A DNA stretch of 64,000 bases, from NCBI GenBank assembly GCA_051005875.1, contig JBPCIX010000021.1:5783-69782 (forward strand), given 5' to 3'. This document shows positions 37,257-47,612 of the stretch, one piece after another. This DNA comes from Actinomycetota bacterium. GTDB lineage: Bacteria; Actinomycetota; CADDZG01; JAHWKV01. The translations under genes were made by a program, and so were the position numbers. The notes below the pieces were generated by a model, which saw only the letters and a list, made by a program, of their open reading frames with translations, had not been told where the DNA came from and searched no databases. Position 1 is the stretch's first letter. Each line of letters begins with the position of its first letter.

Positions 37257-37559
37257 TTAACCCTCCCGCGCCTTGTCGAGCTTTATCCTGGCCACCTTCA
37301 CATACTGGAGAGCAAGGGTCTCTTGATCGGCCTCGAGGGCATCTAGAGCCATCTTGAAAGTGTTGGCCGCAGCGCCGTAGATTCTTTCAGGAGTATCTTC
37401 GCTGCCGTCGTTGAACATGCCTCTCGGCCGAAACTCGGCGATCTCAAGGGAAGCCGCCCTGGCCTCGGCCAAAGTACCCTTTCCCTCAGCAGCAGCTTCG
37501 ATAGCCTTGGCGACCTTATCAAACAGTTCGTCGTCGATTAGTTCGTTGTCGTCTGCCAT
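37257..37559 (-). CDS. hypothetical helical protein
   Basis: 100-aa ORF, ATG start, fits between neighbours. Confidence 0.6.
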   Translation of the reverse strand: MADDNELIDDELFDKVAKAIEAAAEGKGTLAEARAASLEIAEFRPRGMFNDGSEDTPERIYGAAANTFKMALDALEADQETLALQYVKVARIKLDKAREG

Positions 37560-37576
37560 TAGCCCAGTGTACCGCC

Positions 37577-38911
37577 CTAGGCGTCGCCCACCGCGAGGAC
37601 GCCGCCATCTGACCGGGCAAGCCAGTATCCCTTTGCGGTGGCCGACGAGGCCATTCCAATAACGCCATCCGTCGAGCCGCTCCAGCCCAAAGGCCGCAAG
37701 CTAAATGCATCGCCAAAGGCGAATACGTCGCCTTTCGAAGAAACCAGCCAATAGCCCTTGCCCGAGGGCGTCGCTTCAATGCCGACAATCGGCTTAGCGG
37801 ATGAAGCCGGTGCGGGGGAAAGGACCGGGGCGTCGCCAAAGGACAGAACCTGGCCTTTCGACGTAGCAAGCCAGTAGCCTGCGCCCGTAAGAGTCGCTTC
37901 AATGCCCACGACGGCGCCGTCCAACTTCGGAACTTCAGCCGGGCCGAAATTGCCGGCATCGCCATAGGCGAAGAGTTCGCCATTCGATGCAGCCAGCCAG
38001 TAGCCCTTGCCTGAAGGAGTTGATTGCATTCCAATAATTGAAGTTCCGGCTTTAGGACGAGCGGAACCGAAATTGCGGGCGGCGCCAAATGAGAAGACAC
38101 CTCCGTCGCCCGCAACCAGCCAGCAGCCCTGGGCATCCGGCGTGCTTGCCCCGGCTACAACAAGGCGATCCGGCCGAAGCTCGCCCGCTTTCCCACAGGG
38201 GGCCGCATCCCCAACCCTGGTCAGCCCACCTGAGCCCGTCAGCGTCGAAAAACCTCCGGGTTTGGCTGAGAGCACCGAGGCGACGTCGACCCGTACCTGC
38301 CCGGCGCGAGCCGTCCCGCCGTCGCCTACCCATTCCCAATGCCAGGGCTCGGGACAGGGGCTACCTCCCGGCTCCGCCCAGCCGGGGTGGTTCCATCCGA
38401 ACCGGGCCGCCTCGCGTTTTAGCCATTTGTAGCTGGGAGAGTTGAAGTCGTTAACCGAACCGGTGGCGTCGCCGAAATCAACCGCCTTGCCCCATCCGTG
38501 CATCGATTTACCCGATCCTGCCGCACAGGCACAATTACCCCCGGTGCAGGCGCCGGTCTTCGCTGCGGACTGGGCTTCGGCAGGCCGGTAGCAATCGCGC
38601 CCCGTAAGAGAAATTCCTGCCGCGCGCGCTGCTGCAAGCAGCTTCGCCAGGCTGGGCGCTGCGGCCCTTGCCGGCGTGCACCCTTCCTCGATCTTAATCA
38701 GCGCCGCAGGGTTCATCATTCCGTTAGCCTCGCCGGCGACTGCGGTAGGGCGATTTTTTGGCCGAATTGGCGAGGCGCCCTTGGAAGGCCAGGCCGCAGC
38801 AGGCGGTTCAACCGCTGTGAGCCCCAGGGGGCCCGGCGCGGCAGCCTGGGCCGGGCCGGGCAAGACCAGTACGAATAATAGGGCAGCAAGAAGTACCGTG
38901 CTGTTTCTCAA
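37577..38911 (-). CDS. secreted M15B (VanY-like) D,D-peptidase with five GYWL-x5-G-x-V-x-x-FGDA repeats
   Basis: TTG start overlapping the upstream TGA; signal peptide; SMHGWGKAVD and EPWHWE zinc motifs. Confidence 0.85.
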   Translation of the reverse strand: MRNSTVLLAALLFVLVLPGPAQAAAPGPLGLTAVEPPAAAWPSKGASPIRPKNRPTAVAGEANGMMNPAALIKIEEGCTPARAAAPSLAKLLAAARAAGISLTGRDCYRPAEAQSAAKTGACTGGNCACAAGSGKSMHGWGKAVDFGDATGSVNDFNSPSYKWLKREAARFGWNHPGWAEPGGSPCPEPWHWEWVGDGGTARAGQVRVDVASVLSAKPGGFSTLTGSGGLTRVGDAAPCGKAGELRPDRLVVAGASTPDAQGCWLVAGDGGVFSFGAARNFGSARPKAGTSIIGMQSTPSGKGYWLAASNGELFAYGDAGNFGPAEVPKLDGAVVGIEATLTGAGYWLATSKGQVLSFGDAPVLSPAPASSAKPIVGIEATPSGKGYWLVSSKGDVFAFGDAFSLRPLGWSGSTDGVIGMASSATAKGYWLARSDGGVLAVGDA

Positions 38912-39597
38912 GAGCTTCGCAGGGCTCGAGCCGCCCGAAGCTCGCGCTTTACTTTCATCCAGTCGGAAGTCTTGGTGGAAAACAGGGCATCGGTTGCGAT
39001 CTGCAACAGGCCTACCCCCACGAGCAAAGCCACCGGCCACTTCCCAACATCAAACGAGATCGCAACGGGGATCAAGGCGAACGGTAGGATCTTGGTCACG
39101 ACCGCTCCCGAAGCATGCATTACTGCTCTCTTGCCGGGCGAGGTCCTCAAATAAGATTCGTAATCGCTTTTTGCGCCCGGTCTAGGCGGAGGCGGGCCGC
39201 CGAGAAAATAGTAGATGAACTTGATTCCCACCAAGCGGCCCACGACCCAGTGGGCCAGGCTGTGCGTCGAGACGATCAATAGACCAAAAGCAGCAAAGAA
39301 GGCAAGGGTGCGGACCTGCATATCGGCGAGTCTGCCGCCCAGAGCCAAAACCGCGAGGCCGCCAAGCGTCAACAGCGCGAGAATCGCGGTGCCCGCGGTC
39401 GCGGGGATACGCAGCCTAACGCCGGCTTCAAAGGCGGCCCGGTCAATTAACGAGATTCGATGACCCCACTGGGCTGCAAGACCGGGGTCCGAGCGAACCT
39501 TGCCGACCGCCTTCCAAAAGCCGGTGCCCTTCAATCCTCTTCCAGCAGCCAGGGCCCGCTCCGCGCGCTCAAGAGTTTCCTCGATGCCCGCACTCAT
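38908..39597 (-). CDS. membrane protein, degenerate site-2 protease (M50)-like
   Basis: Several TM helices; HSLAH in place of HExxH. Confidence 0.6.
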   Translation of the reverse strand: MSAGIEETLERAERALAAGRGLKGTGFWKAVGKVRSDPGLAAQWGHRISLIDRAAFEAGVRLRIPATAGTAILALLTLGGLAVLALGGRLADMQVRTLAFFAAFGLLIVSTHSLAHWVVGRLVGIKFIYYFLGGPPPPRPGAKSDYESYLRTSPGKRAVMHASGAVVTKILPFALIPVAISFDVGKWPVALLVGVGLLQIATDALFSTKTSDWMKVKRELRAARALRSS

Positions 39598-39681
39598 ATC
39601 GATAAGGATAACCGCGGCCCTGAATAAGAAATAGCATTAGCGAGCGAAATCACAAGAGGGCATTTGCCTAAGGGGACGTGC

Positions 39682-40305
39682 ATGAACGGAAAAGCAATTC
39701 GGCAGGAATGGAGCGACGCTGTCGCCGGTGTGATTCGCTGGGGAATTCATCGGGGCATCGCGACTATTTTGATAGTGGTGGGAGCAGCCCTGGTGGTTGC
39801 AGCCGGCAATCGGTTGCTACGGCGACTAGGAGAAAGGCTCTCCACGCAGGATGCAGAGTCGGGCCGCGGCGGCCACCGAGCGGCGACCCTGATGACGGTG
39901 TTGAAGAGCGTCATGTCGGTCACGGTGTGGGTGACCGCCGTTTTGCTTATCTTCAATCAAATCGGGTTGAACCTCGGCCCCCTGATCGCCGGTGCAGGAA
40001 TTGCAGGACTTGCGATTGGATTTGGGGCTCAGGCGATGGTCAAGGACTTTGTCACCGGCTTTTTCGTTTTGCTCGAAGACCAATTCCGTGTGGGCGACAC
40101 TATTGAGATCGACGGCGCCATCGGAGTGGTGGAATCATTCACGTTGCGGCTGACTTCGATTCGCACGAATGAAGGAAATTTGGTTCACATTGGCAACGGC
40201 GAAATAAAGAAAATATCCAACGCTTCCCATCATGGATTGAGGCCGGGGATCGAGGCACAGAGTGAGATAGCCGAGCTTAAAGAGCAAAGGGATCAGGGGG
40301 GATGA
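39682..40305 (+). CDS. small-conductance mechanosensitive channel (MscS family)
   Basis: AGIAGLAIGFGAQ...DFVTGFF...VGDTIEI. Confidence 0.9.
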   Translation: MNGKAIRQEWSDAVAGVIRWGIHRGIATILIVVGAALVVAAGNRLLRRLGERLSTQDAESGRGGHRAATLMTVLKSVMSVTVWVTAVLLIFNQIGLNLGPLIAGAGIAGLAIGFGAQAMVKDFVTGFFVLLEDQFRVGDTIEIDGAIGVVESFTLRLTSIRTNEGNLVHIGNGEIKKISNASHHGLRPGIEAQSEIAELKEQRDQGG

Positions 40306-41234
40306 ATCTTGAGGGCATTCACCACATCACCGCAATCACCGGTGACTCCCGCGCCAACCTAGATTTCTACTCGGGTGTGCTCGGGCTCAGGCTTGTTGCC
40401 AAGAGCATTAATCAAGACGATTCGCATCCTACCTACCACCTGTTTTATGCCGACGAAAAGGCTACGCCGGGGGCCGAGCTCACCTTCTTTGAATATCCGG
40501 GTGTGCCGCCCGGGTCGCCGGGGGCGGGGATGGTGCACCGCATCACGTGGCGGGTCGATTCTGAAGATGCCTTGAACTTTTGGGCCGAACGACTTCGAAC
40601 ACGCGGCGTTGACTCGGTATTGCTCGTAGACAAATTGCAATTCGAAGATTCCGAAGGCCTGGGTCTCGAGCTTACCGTGGCTGAGGTGAGCGATGAGCCC
40701 TTAAGGGCCGAGCATCCTGAAATCCCCGCTAAGTTTGCGCTCGGCGGCTTCCACGGGGTCCGAGCCTATTGCGCCCACCCCGAGCGCAGCCGAGATATCT
40801 TGGAGGAAACTCTGCACTTCCGGGCTCAAGACGACGACCTGTGGGAAGCGCGGGGCGCCATAAGGGGAAGCACATACTCCTACGACTTATTTCCGCCAAG
40901 ACCCGGCGTTCAAGGGGCAGGCACGGTCCACCACGTTGCTTGGCGAGCCGCGACCGACACCGAGCATTCAACCTGGCGCGACCAGCTTGAAACTGCGGGC
41001 GCCTCGCCCACTGCGGTGATCGACCGTTACTACTTCAAGTCGATCTACTTCCGCGAGCCCAGCGGGGTCTTGTTCGAAATCGCCTCGCCCGGCCCCGGCT
41101 TTACTCGCGACACCCCGCTGGAGCATCTTGGCGAGGCGATCGCCCTTCCGCCCTGGCTCGAATCGCAAAGAGAGTTGATCGAGAGCCAGCTGGCCAAGCT
41201 GCCCAACCCGCGCGAAGCCTGGACGGCCCAATAG
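40302..41234 (+). CDS. ring-cleaving dioxygenase (VOC, MhqO-like)
   Basis: GIHHITAI, HHVAWR, DRYYFKSIYFREPSGVLFEIAS. Confidence 0.92.
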   Translation: MNLEGIHHITAITGDSRANLDFYSGVLGLRLVAKSINQDDSHPTYHLFYADEKATPGAELTFFEYPGVPPGSPGAGMVHRITWRVDSEDALNFWAERLRTRGVDSVLLVDKLQFEDSEGLGLELTVAEVSDEPLRAEHPEIPAKFALGGFHGVRAYCAHPERSRDILEETLHFRAQDDDLWEARGAIRGSTYSYDLFPPRPGVQGAGTVHHVAWRAATDTEHSTWRDQLETAGASPTAVIDRYYFKSIYFREPSGVLFEIASPGPGFTRDTPLEHLGEAIALPPWLESQRELIESQLAKLPNPREAWTAQ

Positions 41235-42034
41235 GTTCACGGGGCCGCTGTAGTGCCCTCGCCATAGCTCTGGTTGCCGGGGTTTTGTCCGGCGGCTGCG
41301 GAAAGCCTGACGCTGCGCCGCCAACCGGACCGAAGGCCGCGGCATCTTCCGAGCAAAGCCTGTCTGGGCCGCTTACGATCTTCGCCGCCGCTTCGCTCGC
41401 CGGGGCATTAACCGATTTCAAGTCCCAGCTCACGAAAACCAATCCGCAGTTACAGATCACCTACAGCTTCAGCGGATCACAGATTCTGGTTGCCCAAATC
41501 ATGAACGGCGCCCCGGCAGACCTGGTTGCCACCGCCGACGAAACCAGCATGAGGGACCTGGTAGGCAAAGGGCTGGTAGAAACGCCGAGAATATTCGCTT
41601 CGAACAAACTCGCAATTATTACAGGCAAAGGGAACCCCCATCACATCCGTGGTCTCGACGATCTTTCGCGGCGGGATCTAAGGATAATTCTTGCAGATCC
41701 CTCGGTCCCCGCCGGGCGATACGCCCGGCTGGCTCTTGCCAAAAAGGGGCTCGAGGTCCGCCCTGATTCGCTGGAACTTGACGTGAAGTCCGAGGTTCAA
41801 AAGGTAGCCTCGGGCGAAGCCGATGCAGCAATTGTTTATCGTACCGATGTCCTGGCCGCCGGATCTGCGGTAACCGGCGTGGCCATTCCTGATGACCAAA
41901 ATGTCATTGTCCGGTACCACGCGGCGGTAATTAGTGCCGGTGCGAACCAGCAACGCGCAACCAATCTCCTAAGCCTCCTTCTTGGCTCGCCCGGCCGGAA
42001 AACCCTTAAGAAGGCGGGCTTCGGAAATCCATGA
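41231..42034 (+). CDS. modA: molybdate ABC transporter substrate-binding lipoprotein; start codon uncertain
   Basis: FAAASL, SGSQIL, VPAGRYA, EADAAIVYRTD; lipobox LSGGC. Confidence 0.88.
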   Translation: MGSRGRCSALAIALVAGVLSGGCGKPDAAPPTGPKAAASSEQSLSGPLTIFAAASLAGALTDFKSQLTKTNPQLQITYSFSGSQILVAQIMNGAPADLVATADETSMRDLVGKGLVETPRIFASNKLAIITGKGNPHHIRGLDDLSRRDLRIILADPSVPAGRYARLALAKKGLEVRPDSLELDVKSEVQKVASGEADAAIVYRTDVLAAGSAVTGVAIPDDQNVIVRYHAAVISAGANQQRATNLLSLLLGSPGRKTLKKAGFGNP

Positions 42035-42819
42035 GCCTCAAAAATCGGCCCCCTGCCGCCCTCTTGATTGCAGCCGGCCTGGGCATCGCGTTCGTGGTCG
42101 TCCCTTTGATCGGCCTGCTACAAAGGGCCGAATGGTCGAATATGTCCCGACAACTTACGTCCGACGAAGTGCTTCAAGCCCTTGGGCTGTCACTAATTTG
42201 TTCGTTCGCGGCGGCGTTAGTAGGAACAATTCTGGGGGTCCCGCTTGCCTGGGTACTTGCGAGGCTAAGTTTCCCTGGACGTTCGATTATTCGAGCTTTG
42301 GCGATTTTGCCGATGGTGCTCCCCCCCGTGGTTGGAGGCGTGGCGTTGCTGCAGGCATTTGGCCGGCAGGGATTTCTAGGCCGATACCTCGGCGGTCTTC
42401 CCGGGTTCCCGCTCCCTTTCACCACTGCCGGCGTTATTCTCGCCGAGACTTTTGTTGCAATGCCTTTTGTAGTCATGACGGTCGAAGCAGGATTTCGGCA
42501 AACCGACCTTGGGTTCGAAGAAGCCGCGGCCAGTTTGGGGGCAAACCCGTGGAGAAGGTTTCGGACGATCACGGCTCCCCTAGCAGCAACTTCTATTGCG
42601 GCCGGCGCCGCCCTTTGCTGGGCCCGGGCTCTCGGCGAGTTTGGGGCCACAATCACATTCGCCGGCAACCTTCCCGGGAGAACGGAAACCATGCCTACGG
42701 CGGTTTATACGTTGCTACAGACAAACCCCGGCGCTGCCATCTCGCTGTCGGTGCTTCTACTGGCAATCTCGCTGGGCGTCCTGGTCGGCCTGCGGGACAG
42801 TTGGATTCGCCCCAGATAA
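42031..42819 (+). CDS. modB: molybdate ABC transporter permease
   Basis: LPMVLPPVVGG, EEAAASLGA, RALGEFGAT. Confidence 0.93.
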   Translation: MSLKNRPPAALLIAAGLGIAFVVVPLIGLLQRAEWSNMSRQLTSDEVLQALGLSLICSFAAALVGTILGVPLAWVLARLSFPGRSIIRALAILPMVLPPVVGGVALLQAFGRQGFLGRYLGGLPGFPLPFTTAGVILAETFVAMPFVVMTVEAGFRQTDLGFEEAAASLGANPWRRFRTITAPLAATSIAAGAALCWARALGEFGATITFAGNLPGRTETMPTAVYTLLQTNPGAAISLSVLLLAISLGVLVGLRDSWIRPR

Positions 42820-43913
42820 TGCTCAAAGCAGACTTTACCGTGAGGCTTGGTGAATTTGAGGTTACGGTCAATCTGACAGCCGGTGAAGGGGAAGTGGTGG
42901 CCATCGTCGGGCCCAACGGGGCGGGCAAGACAACAATGCTGCGAGCCTTGGCCGGGCTTGTACCAATTGAAGCCGGCCGAATAGAGCTTGGGGGCCGAGT
43001 GCTCAACGATTCGGCTACGGGCGTAAACATCCCGCCGGAGCACAGAAGAATCGGATTTGCCTTTCAGGATTATCTCCTGTTTCCACACCTTTCAGCTCTT
43101 GATAACGTTGCTTACGGTTTGAGGGCGACCGGCGCCTCGAAGGCCAAAGCGCGGCTCGAGGCGCAATATTGGCTCGAACGTTTCGGGCTGTCGGACGAAG
43201 GCGGAAATAAGCCCCACGCCCTGTCCGGAGGTCAGTCTCAGAGGGTCGCACTGGCACGCGCGTTGGCTATCAAGCCGGCCCTGCTTGCGCTGGACGAACC
43301 GCTGGCCGCGGTCGATCCGCCGCAAAGACCTGAACTGCGTCGCTTGATGCGAAGCGCACTAAACGAGCATTCCGGTACCCAGCTTTTGGTGACCCACGAC
43401 CCCGTCGATGCCCTGGCCTCCGGCGACCGGGTGGCCGTCCTTGAACGCGGCCGGCTAACCCAGGTCGGTACCGTCGCTGAGGTAGCTGCCCAGCCTCGGT
43501 CCCGATGGGTGGCGGAACTCGTTGGAGTGAATCTTTACCATGGGGAGTCGGCGGATGGCCGTTTCACCTTGGATAACGACGGGGGGGCCGCAGGGACTGG
43601 ACAGATGCTGCCCGGCGCCGGGCCTCGCCGCTTCGCGGTGGTGACTGAGGCAAGGGGCCGGGCCATGGCCGTAATTCATCCACGGGCCGTAACGCTCCAT
43701 CGGGTCCGCCCGGAAGGCAGCGCGCGAAACGTTTGGACGGCGAGCGTGGACGGTGTGGACGAACAGAACGAACGAGCCAGAGTGCGAATCGGCGGCGTGA
43801 TTCCAATCGTCGCGGAGGTTACCCCCGCCGCCGCGGCTGAATTAGGCTTGGCTCAAGGAGTGCAGGTCTGGATATCGGTTAAGGCCACCGAGATCTCGGT
43901 TTTCGAGGAGTGA
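42819..43913 (+). CDS. modC: molybdate ABC transporter ATPase with TOBE domain
   Basis: GPNGAGKT, LSGGQ, LDEP; TAATG overlap with modB. Confidence 0.92.
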   Translation: MLKADFTVRLGEFEVTVNLTAGEGEVVAIVGPNGAGKTTMLRALAGLVPIEAGRIELGGRVLNDSATGVNIPPEHRRIGFAFQDYLLFPHLSALDNVAYGLRATGASKAKARLEAQYWLERFGLSDEGGNKPHALSGGQSQRVALARALAIKPALLALDEPLAAVDPPQRPELRRLMRSALNEHSGTQLLVTHDPVDALASGDRVAVLERGRLTQVGTVAEVAAQPRSRWVAELVGVNLYHGESADGRFTLDNDGGAAGTGQMLPGAGPRRFAVVTEARGRAMAVIHPRAVTLHRVRPEGSARNVWTASVDGVDEQNERARVRIGGVIPIVAEVTPAAAAELGLAQGVQVWISVKATEISVFEE

Positions 43914-43925
43914 CCGGCCGGACCG

Positions 43926-44447
43926 TCAGTCGGCAGAGCCTTCCTCGACTTCTGAGGTTTCATGGGCCGGAGTGGGCTCTGTGCGGGCGGTCTGCCGAAC
44001 CAGAAAGATCGTTAGGCCCAGGATTAGGACCGAGCCCATCAGGATGCTCATTTCCATCATCAAGTCATCGAATTTAGGTTTACCCGCTTCGCTACCGGCT
44101 TCGGCGGTGATCACGATCACTCGCCTGATCGCCGCCACAATGCCGACGATCAGGAATGGCTCGGTCCTTAGAACGTTCTCTTTGATCACGGCCTGGACCG
44201 TATGGATCAGCTCCGCGGTGATGAAAACCAACAGCAAGCCATCGAGAAATTTCAAAATCGACGGCAACGAATCGCCCGCCGACAAGTCTTTGACGAATCT
44301 GTAAACCACCAGAACAAACAGGATTGCTCCGGCTACGGCTAGGGCGAGAGCCACGATGACGTAGAAAAATTGCTCGATATACCGGAATAGATCTGCGGTG
44401 TTACGGCGGGCTTTTTTCTTGGTAGTCGCCTTCTTGGTAGTCGCCAT
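43926..44447 (-). CDS. phosphate-starvation-inducible PsiE family membrane protein
   Basis: LLLVFITAELIHTV...EPFLIVGIVAAIRRVI. Confidence 0.85.
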   Translation of the reverse strand: MATTKKATTKKKARRNTADLFRYIEQFFYVIVALALAVAGAILFVLVVYRFVKDLSAGDSLPSILKFLDGLLLVFITAELIHTVQAVIKENVLRTEPFLIVGIVAAIRRVIVITAEAGSEAGKPKFDDLMMEMSILMGSVLILGLTIFLVRQTARTEPTPAHETSEVEEGSAD

Positions 44448-44658
44448 GGAGGAGTTCCCTGTTCTTACCTGCTGGTCGGCGCCTTGGGTTTAAGGCTCCT
44501 GGGTGCTCTTGGTTTTGTGGTGCCAGGCGTGCCCGAAGCATCCTCACGCCGGGCGTAAACCTCGGGCCTTACCGAGGCCAACATAAGCAGCACTCGTTCG
44601 CTTTAGCTGATTTCATGATTATTTCCTCCCGTTACGATGAAAGCCCTTAGAGCGAACA

Positions 44659-46467
44659 CTAGCCCAAACGCTTACGCAATGCCTCTAGCTCGGAGTGCAA
44701 GGCTTCAGGCACGTTTGCGCCCAGCAACTTGAAGTGCTCTTCTATCGAGGGCACCTCGGCCCTCCACTCATCGACGTTTACTGCGAGCAGGGTTTCCATG
44801 TCCTCATCGCTTACACCGCTCAGGCCCTCAGTTGAAAGAGCGCTTTTCGGCGGCACCAGCCCGATGGGGGTCTCGTCGGCGCTTGAGCGGCCGGCCACTC
44901 TTTCGCAAATCCACGCCAGAACCCGGCTGTTTTCGCCAAATCCGGGCCACAAAAAACTGCCTTCGGCGTTCTTGCGGAACCAGTTCACGAAGAAAATCTT
45001 TGGGAGCTTGGCCGGATCAGTTTTGCTACCGACCTCCAGCCAGTGGCCCAGGTAGTCGGCCATGTTGTATCCGCAAAAAGGCAGCATGGCGAATGGGTCG
45101 CGGCGGATAGCGCCGACCGCCCCCGCCGCCGCCGCCGTTGTTTCAGAAGCCATGATTGAGCCGAGGAAAATGCCATGTTCCCAGTTGAACGCCTCAGTCA
45201 CAAGCGGCACCACCGAGCCGCGGCGGCCGCCGACGAGGATGGCCGAAATGGGCACTCCCGCCGGATCTTCCCATTCAGAAGCAATCACCGGGCACTGGCT
45301 TGCGGGGGCGGTGAACCGGGCGTTGGGGTGAGCCGAAGGAGCGCCCTTTGCGGGAGTCCACGACTCGCGATGCCAGTCGGTAAGGTGATCGGGCACATCG
45401 TCGGTCATGCCTTCCCACCACACATCGCCGTCGTCGGTCAGGGCAGTGTTGGTGAACAGACTGTTTTCTTCAAGCGTGCGCATGACATTGGGATTGGTTT
45501 TGTTGGAGGTCCCCGGCGCTACGCCGAAGAAACCGGCCTCTGGATTCATTGCCCACAGGCGGCCGTCTTCACCGAACCGCATCCAGCAAATGTCATCGCC
45601 CAAGGTTTCGACCTTCCACCCCGGCAGCGTTGGGACGAGCATTGCAAGGTTCGTCTTGCCGCAAGCGGAAGGAAACGCTCCGGTTAAGTAGTTGACCTCG
45701 CCTTCGGGAGACGTCATTTTGAGGATCAGCATGTGTTCGGCAAGCCAGCCGTCGTCGCGAGCCATGATCGAAGCAATCCGCAGAGCGAAGCACTTCTTGC
45801 CGAGCAAAGCGTTGCCGCCGTAGCCCGAGCCGAAAGACCAAATTTCTCTGGTGTTGGGGAAGTGAACTATGTACTTTTGGTCGGGGTTACAAGGCCATGC
45901 AACATCGGCCTGCTCCGGCTCGAGTGGCGAGCCTACCGAGTGAATGCAGGGAACAAATTCTCCGTCTGTTCCGAGCGCATCAAGGGCCGCCTTCCCCATG
46001 CGGGTCATTATTCGCATATTGACGGCGACGTAAGGTGAGTCGGTTAGCTCAACGCCGATGTGAGCGATGGGCGAGCCGATAGGGCCCATAGAAAAGGGGA
46101 CCACATACATGGTGCGCCCCCGCATCGAACCTTTGAACAGGCCCTTCAGCGTTCCGCGCATCTCGGCAGGGTCCCGCCAGTTATTCGTAGGGCCTGCTTC
46201 GTCGGCCGTATCCGAACATATATAGGTGCGATCCTCGACCCGCGCCACATCGCCCGGTTCCGAAGCGCACCAGTAGCTGTTCGGGCGCTTGGCATCGGAA
46301 AGGCGTGTGAACGTTCCTACCTCGACAAGCAGACCGCACAACCGGTCATATTCTTCGGCGGAGCCGTCGCACCAGTGAATTTTGTCGGGCGTGGTCAATT
46401 CAGCGACCTCAGCAACCCATGCGAGCAGGGAAGAATGATTGGTTAAAGATGTAGTTATATCGGCCAT
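44659..46467 (-). CDS. pckG: phosphoenolpyruvate carboxykinase (GTP)
   Basis: [37 protein letters not shown]-like motif. Confidence 0.96.
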   Translation of the reverse strand: MADITTSLTNHSSLLAWVAEVAELTTPDKIHWCDGSAEEYDRLCGLLVEVGTFTRLSDAKRPNSYWCASEPGDVARVEDRTYICSDTADEAGPTNNWRDPAEMRGTLKGLFKGSMRGRTMYVVPFSMGPIGSPIAHIGVELTDSPYVAVNMRIMTRMGKAALDALGTDGEFVPCIHSVGSPLEPEQADVAWPCNPDQKYIVHFPNTREIWSFGSGYGGNALLGKKCFALRIASIMARDDGWLAEHMLILKMTSPEGEVNYLTGAFPSACGKTNLAMLVPTLPGWKVETLGDDICWMRFGEDGRLWAMNPEAGFFGVAPGTSNKTNPNVMRTLEENSLFTNTALTDDGDVWWEGMTDDVPDHLTDWHRESWTPAKGAPSAHPNARFTAPASQCPVIASEWEDPAGVPISAILVGGRRGSVVPLVTEAFNWEHGIFLGSIMASETTAAAAGAVGAIRRDPFAMLPFCGYNMADYLGHWLEVGSKTDPAKLPKIFFVNWFRKNAEGSFLWPGFGENSRVLAWICERVAGRSSADETPIGLVPPKSALSTEGLSGVSDEDMETLLAVNVDEWRAEVPSIEEHFKLLGANVPEALHSELEALRKRLG

Positions 46468-46585
46468 GTTCGTTTCGCTCCTGTGGAAGTCAAAGGTTAA
46501 GTGCTACAGGGAAACAGAATAGTAGCCTGCGGCCGCGCGTGTGGGGCAGTGGGTATCGTTCGCCCCGCTAGGGTCAGGGCACTCA

Positions 46586-47512
46586 CTAGATCCATTTCTT
46601 CCAACGGAAGTACCACAGCTGGCCGACGGTGGTAATGAGAATTATTGCCCAAGAGAAGGCATAGCCGGTCACCCAGTGCAGCTCCGGCATGTGGTCGAAG
46701 TTCTGCCCGTACACCCCCACGATGAAGGTGGGCACGAGCAGGAGCGAGGCGACAACCGTCAGCCGCTTCATCACCTCATTTTGTTCGTGGGCGACCTTAG
46801 CCTGGTGGTAATCACGGACTCCGGAAATGAGGTCGCGGGCAAGTTCAAGGCCCTCGCCAGCTCTCAGCAGCTTGTCGAAGGCGTCGCCGAAGTGCAGCTC
46901 AGTCTCCCTGGGGAACAGGTCTCCACTCTCCAACTCGACTCTGTCGTCAAGGACTCTGCGGGCGGCGTCTCGGGTCGGGCCCAGCGTCCGGCGGATCTGA
47001 AGAAGGTCGTGCCTAAGTTCAGACAGTCGTCGGCGCACCTGCTGGTGTGACCACTGCTCGACGTGGTCCTCCAACTCATCGATTTCATCTTGAACAGAAT
47101 CGATTAGGTCCAAAAATCCTTCCGCCACCGCATCGACAACCAGGTGAGCGGCCATGCCCGGCGAGCCATTCGCCCGAGACGACTCACGGACCGAGCTGAG
47201 GTCCAAAGGATCGCCGTTGGGCGGAGTCTTGCGCACTGTAAGAATGAGGTCCACATCCAGAATCAGGTCTACCTCCTGGTAATAGACGCGGTCCTCTTCA
47301 ACCACGGCCACCGGCAGAAGCAAAATTCCGAATGCGTATGACCCATGGGTTTCCAGTTTGGGGCGCGGCTCGTCGCCCTCAGCCGGCTTGCTGAGCAGGG
47401 TTGCCAGAGCATTGGGATGAAGCTCGTGCGGCCATGCCTCGCGAAGAGCCGCCTCGTCGGGGTCGAGCAGGTCGATCCACCGAGATTTCGATTCCGCCAT
47501 CGATTCCGCCAT
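46586..47512 (-). CDS. corA: CorA family Mg/Co transporter
   Basis: YGQNF (GMN-like) motif between two C-terminal TMs; start duplicated (MAES x2). Confidence 0.88.
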   Translation of the reverse strand: MAESMAESKSRWIDLLDPDEAALREAWPHELHPNALATLLSKPAEGDEPRPKLETHGSYAFGILLLPVAVVEEDRVYYQEVDLILDVDLILTVRKTPPNGDPLDLSSVRESSRANGSPGMAAHLVVDAVAEGFLDLIDSVQDEIDELEDHVEQWSHQQVRRRLSELRHDLLQIRRTLGPTRDAARRVLDDRVELESGDLFPRETELHFGDAFDKLLRAGEGLELARDLISGVRDYHQAKVAHEQNEVMKRLTVVASLLLVPTFIVGVYGQNFDHMPELHWVTGYAFSWAIILITTVGQLWYFRWKKWI

Positions 47513-47612
47513 GACGCCTACCTTACGACAGGCAGCTGTAGGCGGAATCGGGTACCGTCTTTTTCGTCGCATACCATTTACCTCTACCAACTAGTGCGCT
47601 AGGAGATTTAAG

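Noticed and set aside
41982-42818. 643-aa version of modC
   Set aside because: The N-terminal part is an alternate frame of modB; the real start is ATG 42819.
47520-47612. yybP-ykoY manganese riboswitch before terC
   Set aside because: Consensus GGGGAGUA / GUCAA elements are not present.
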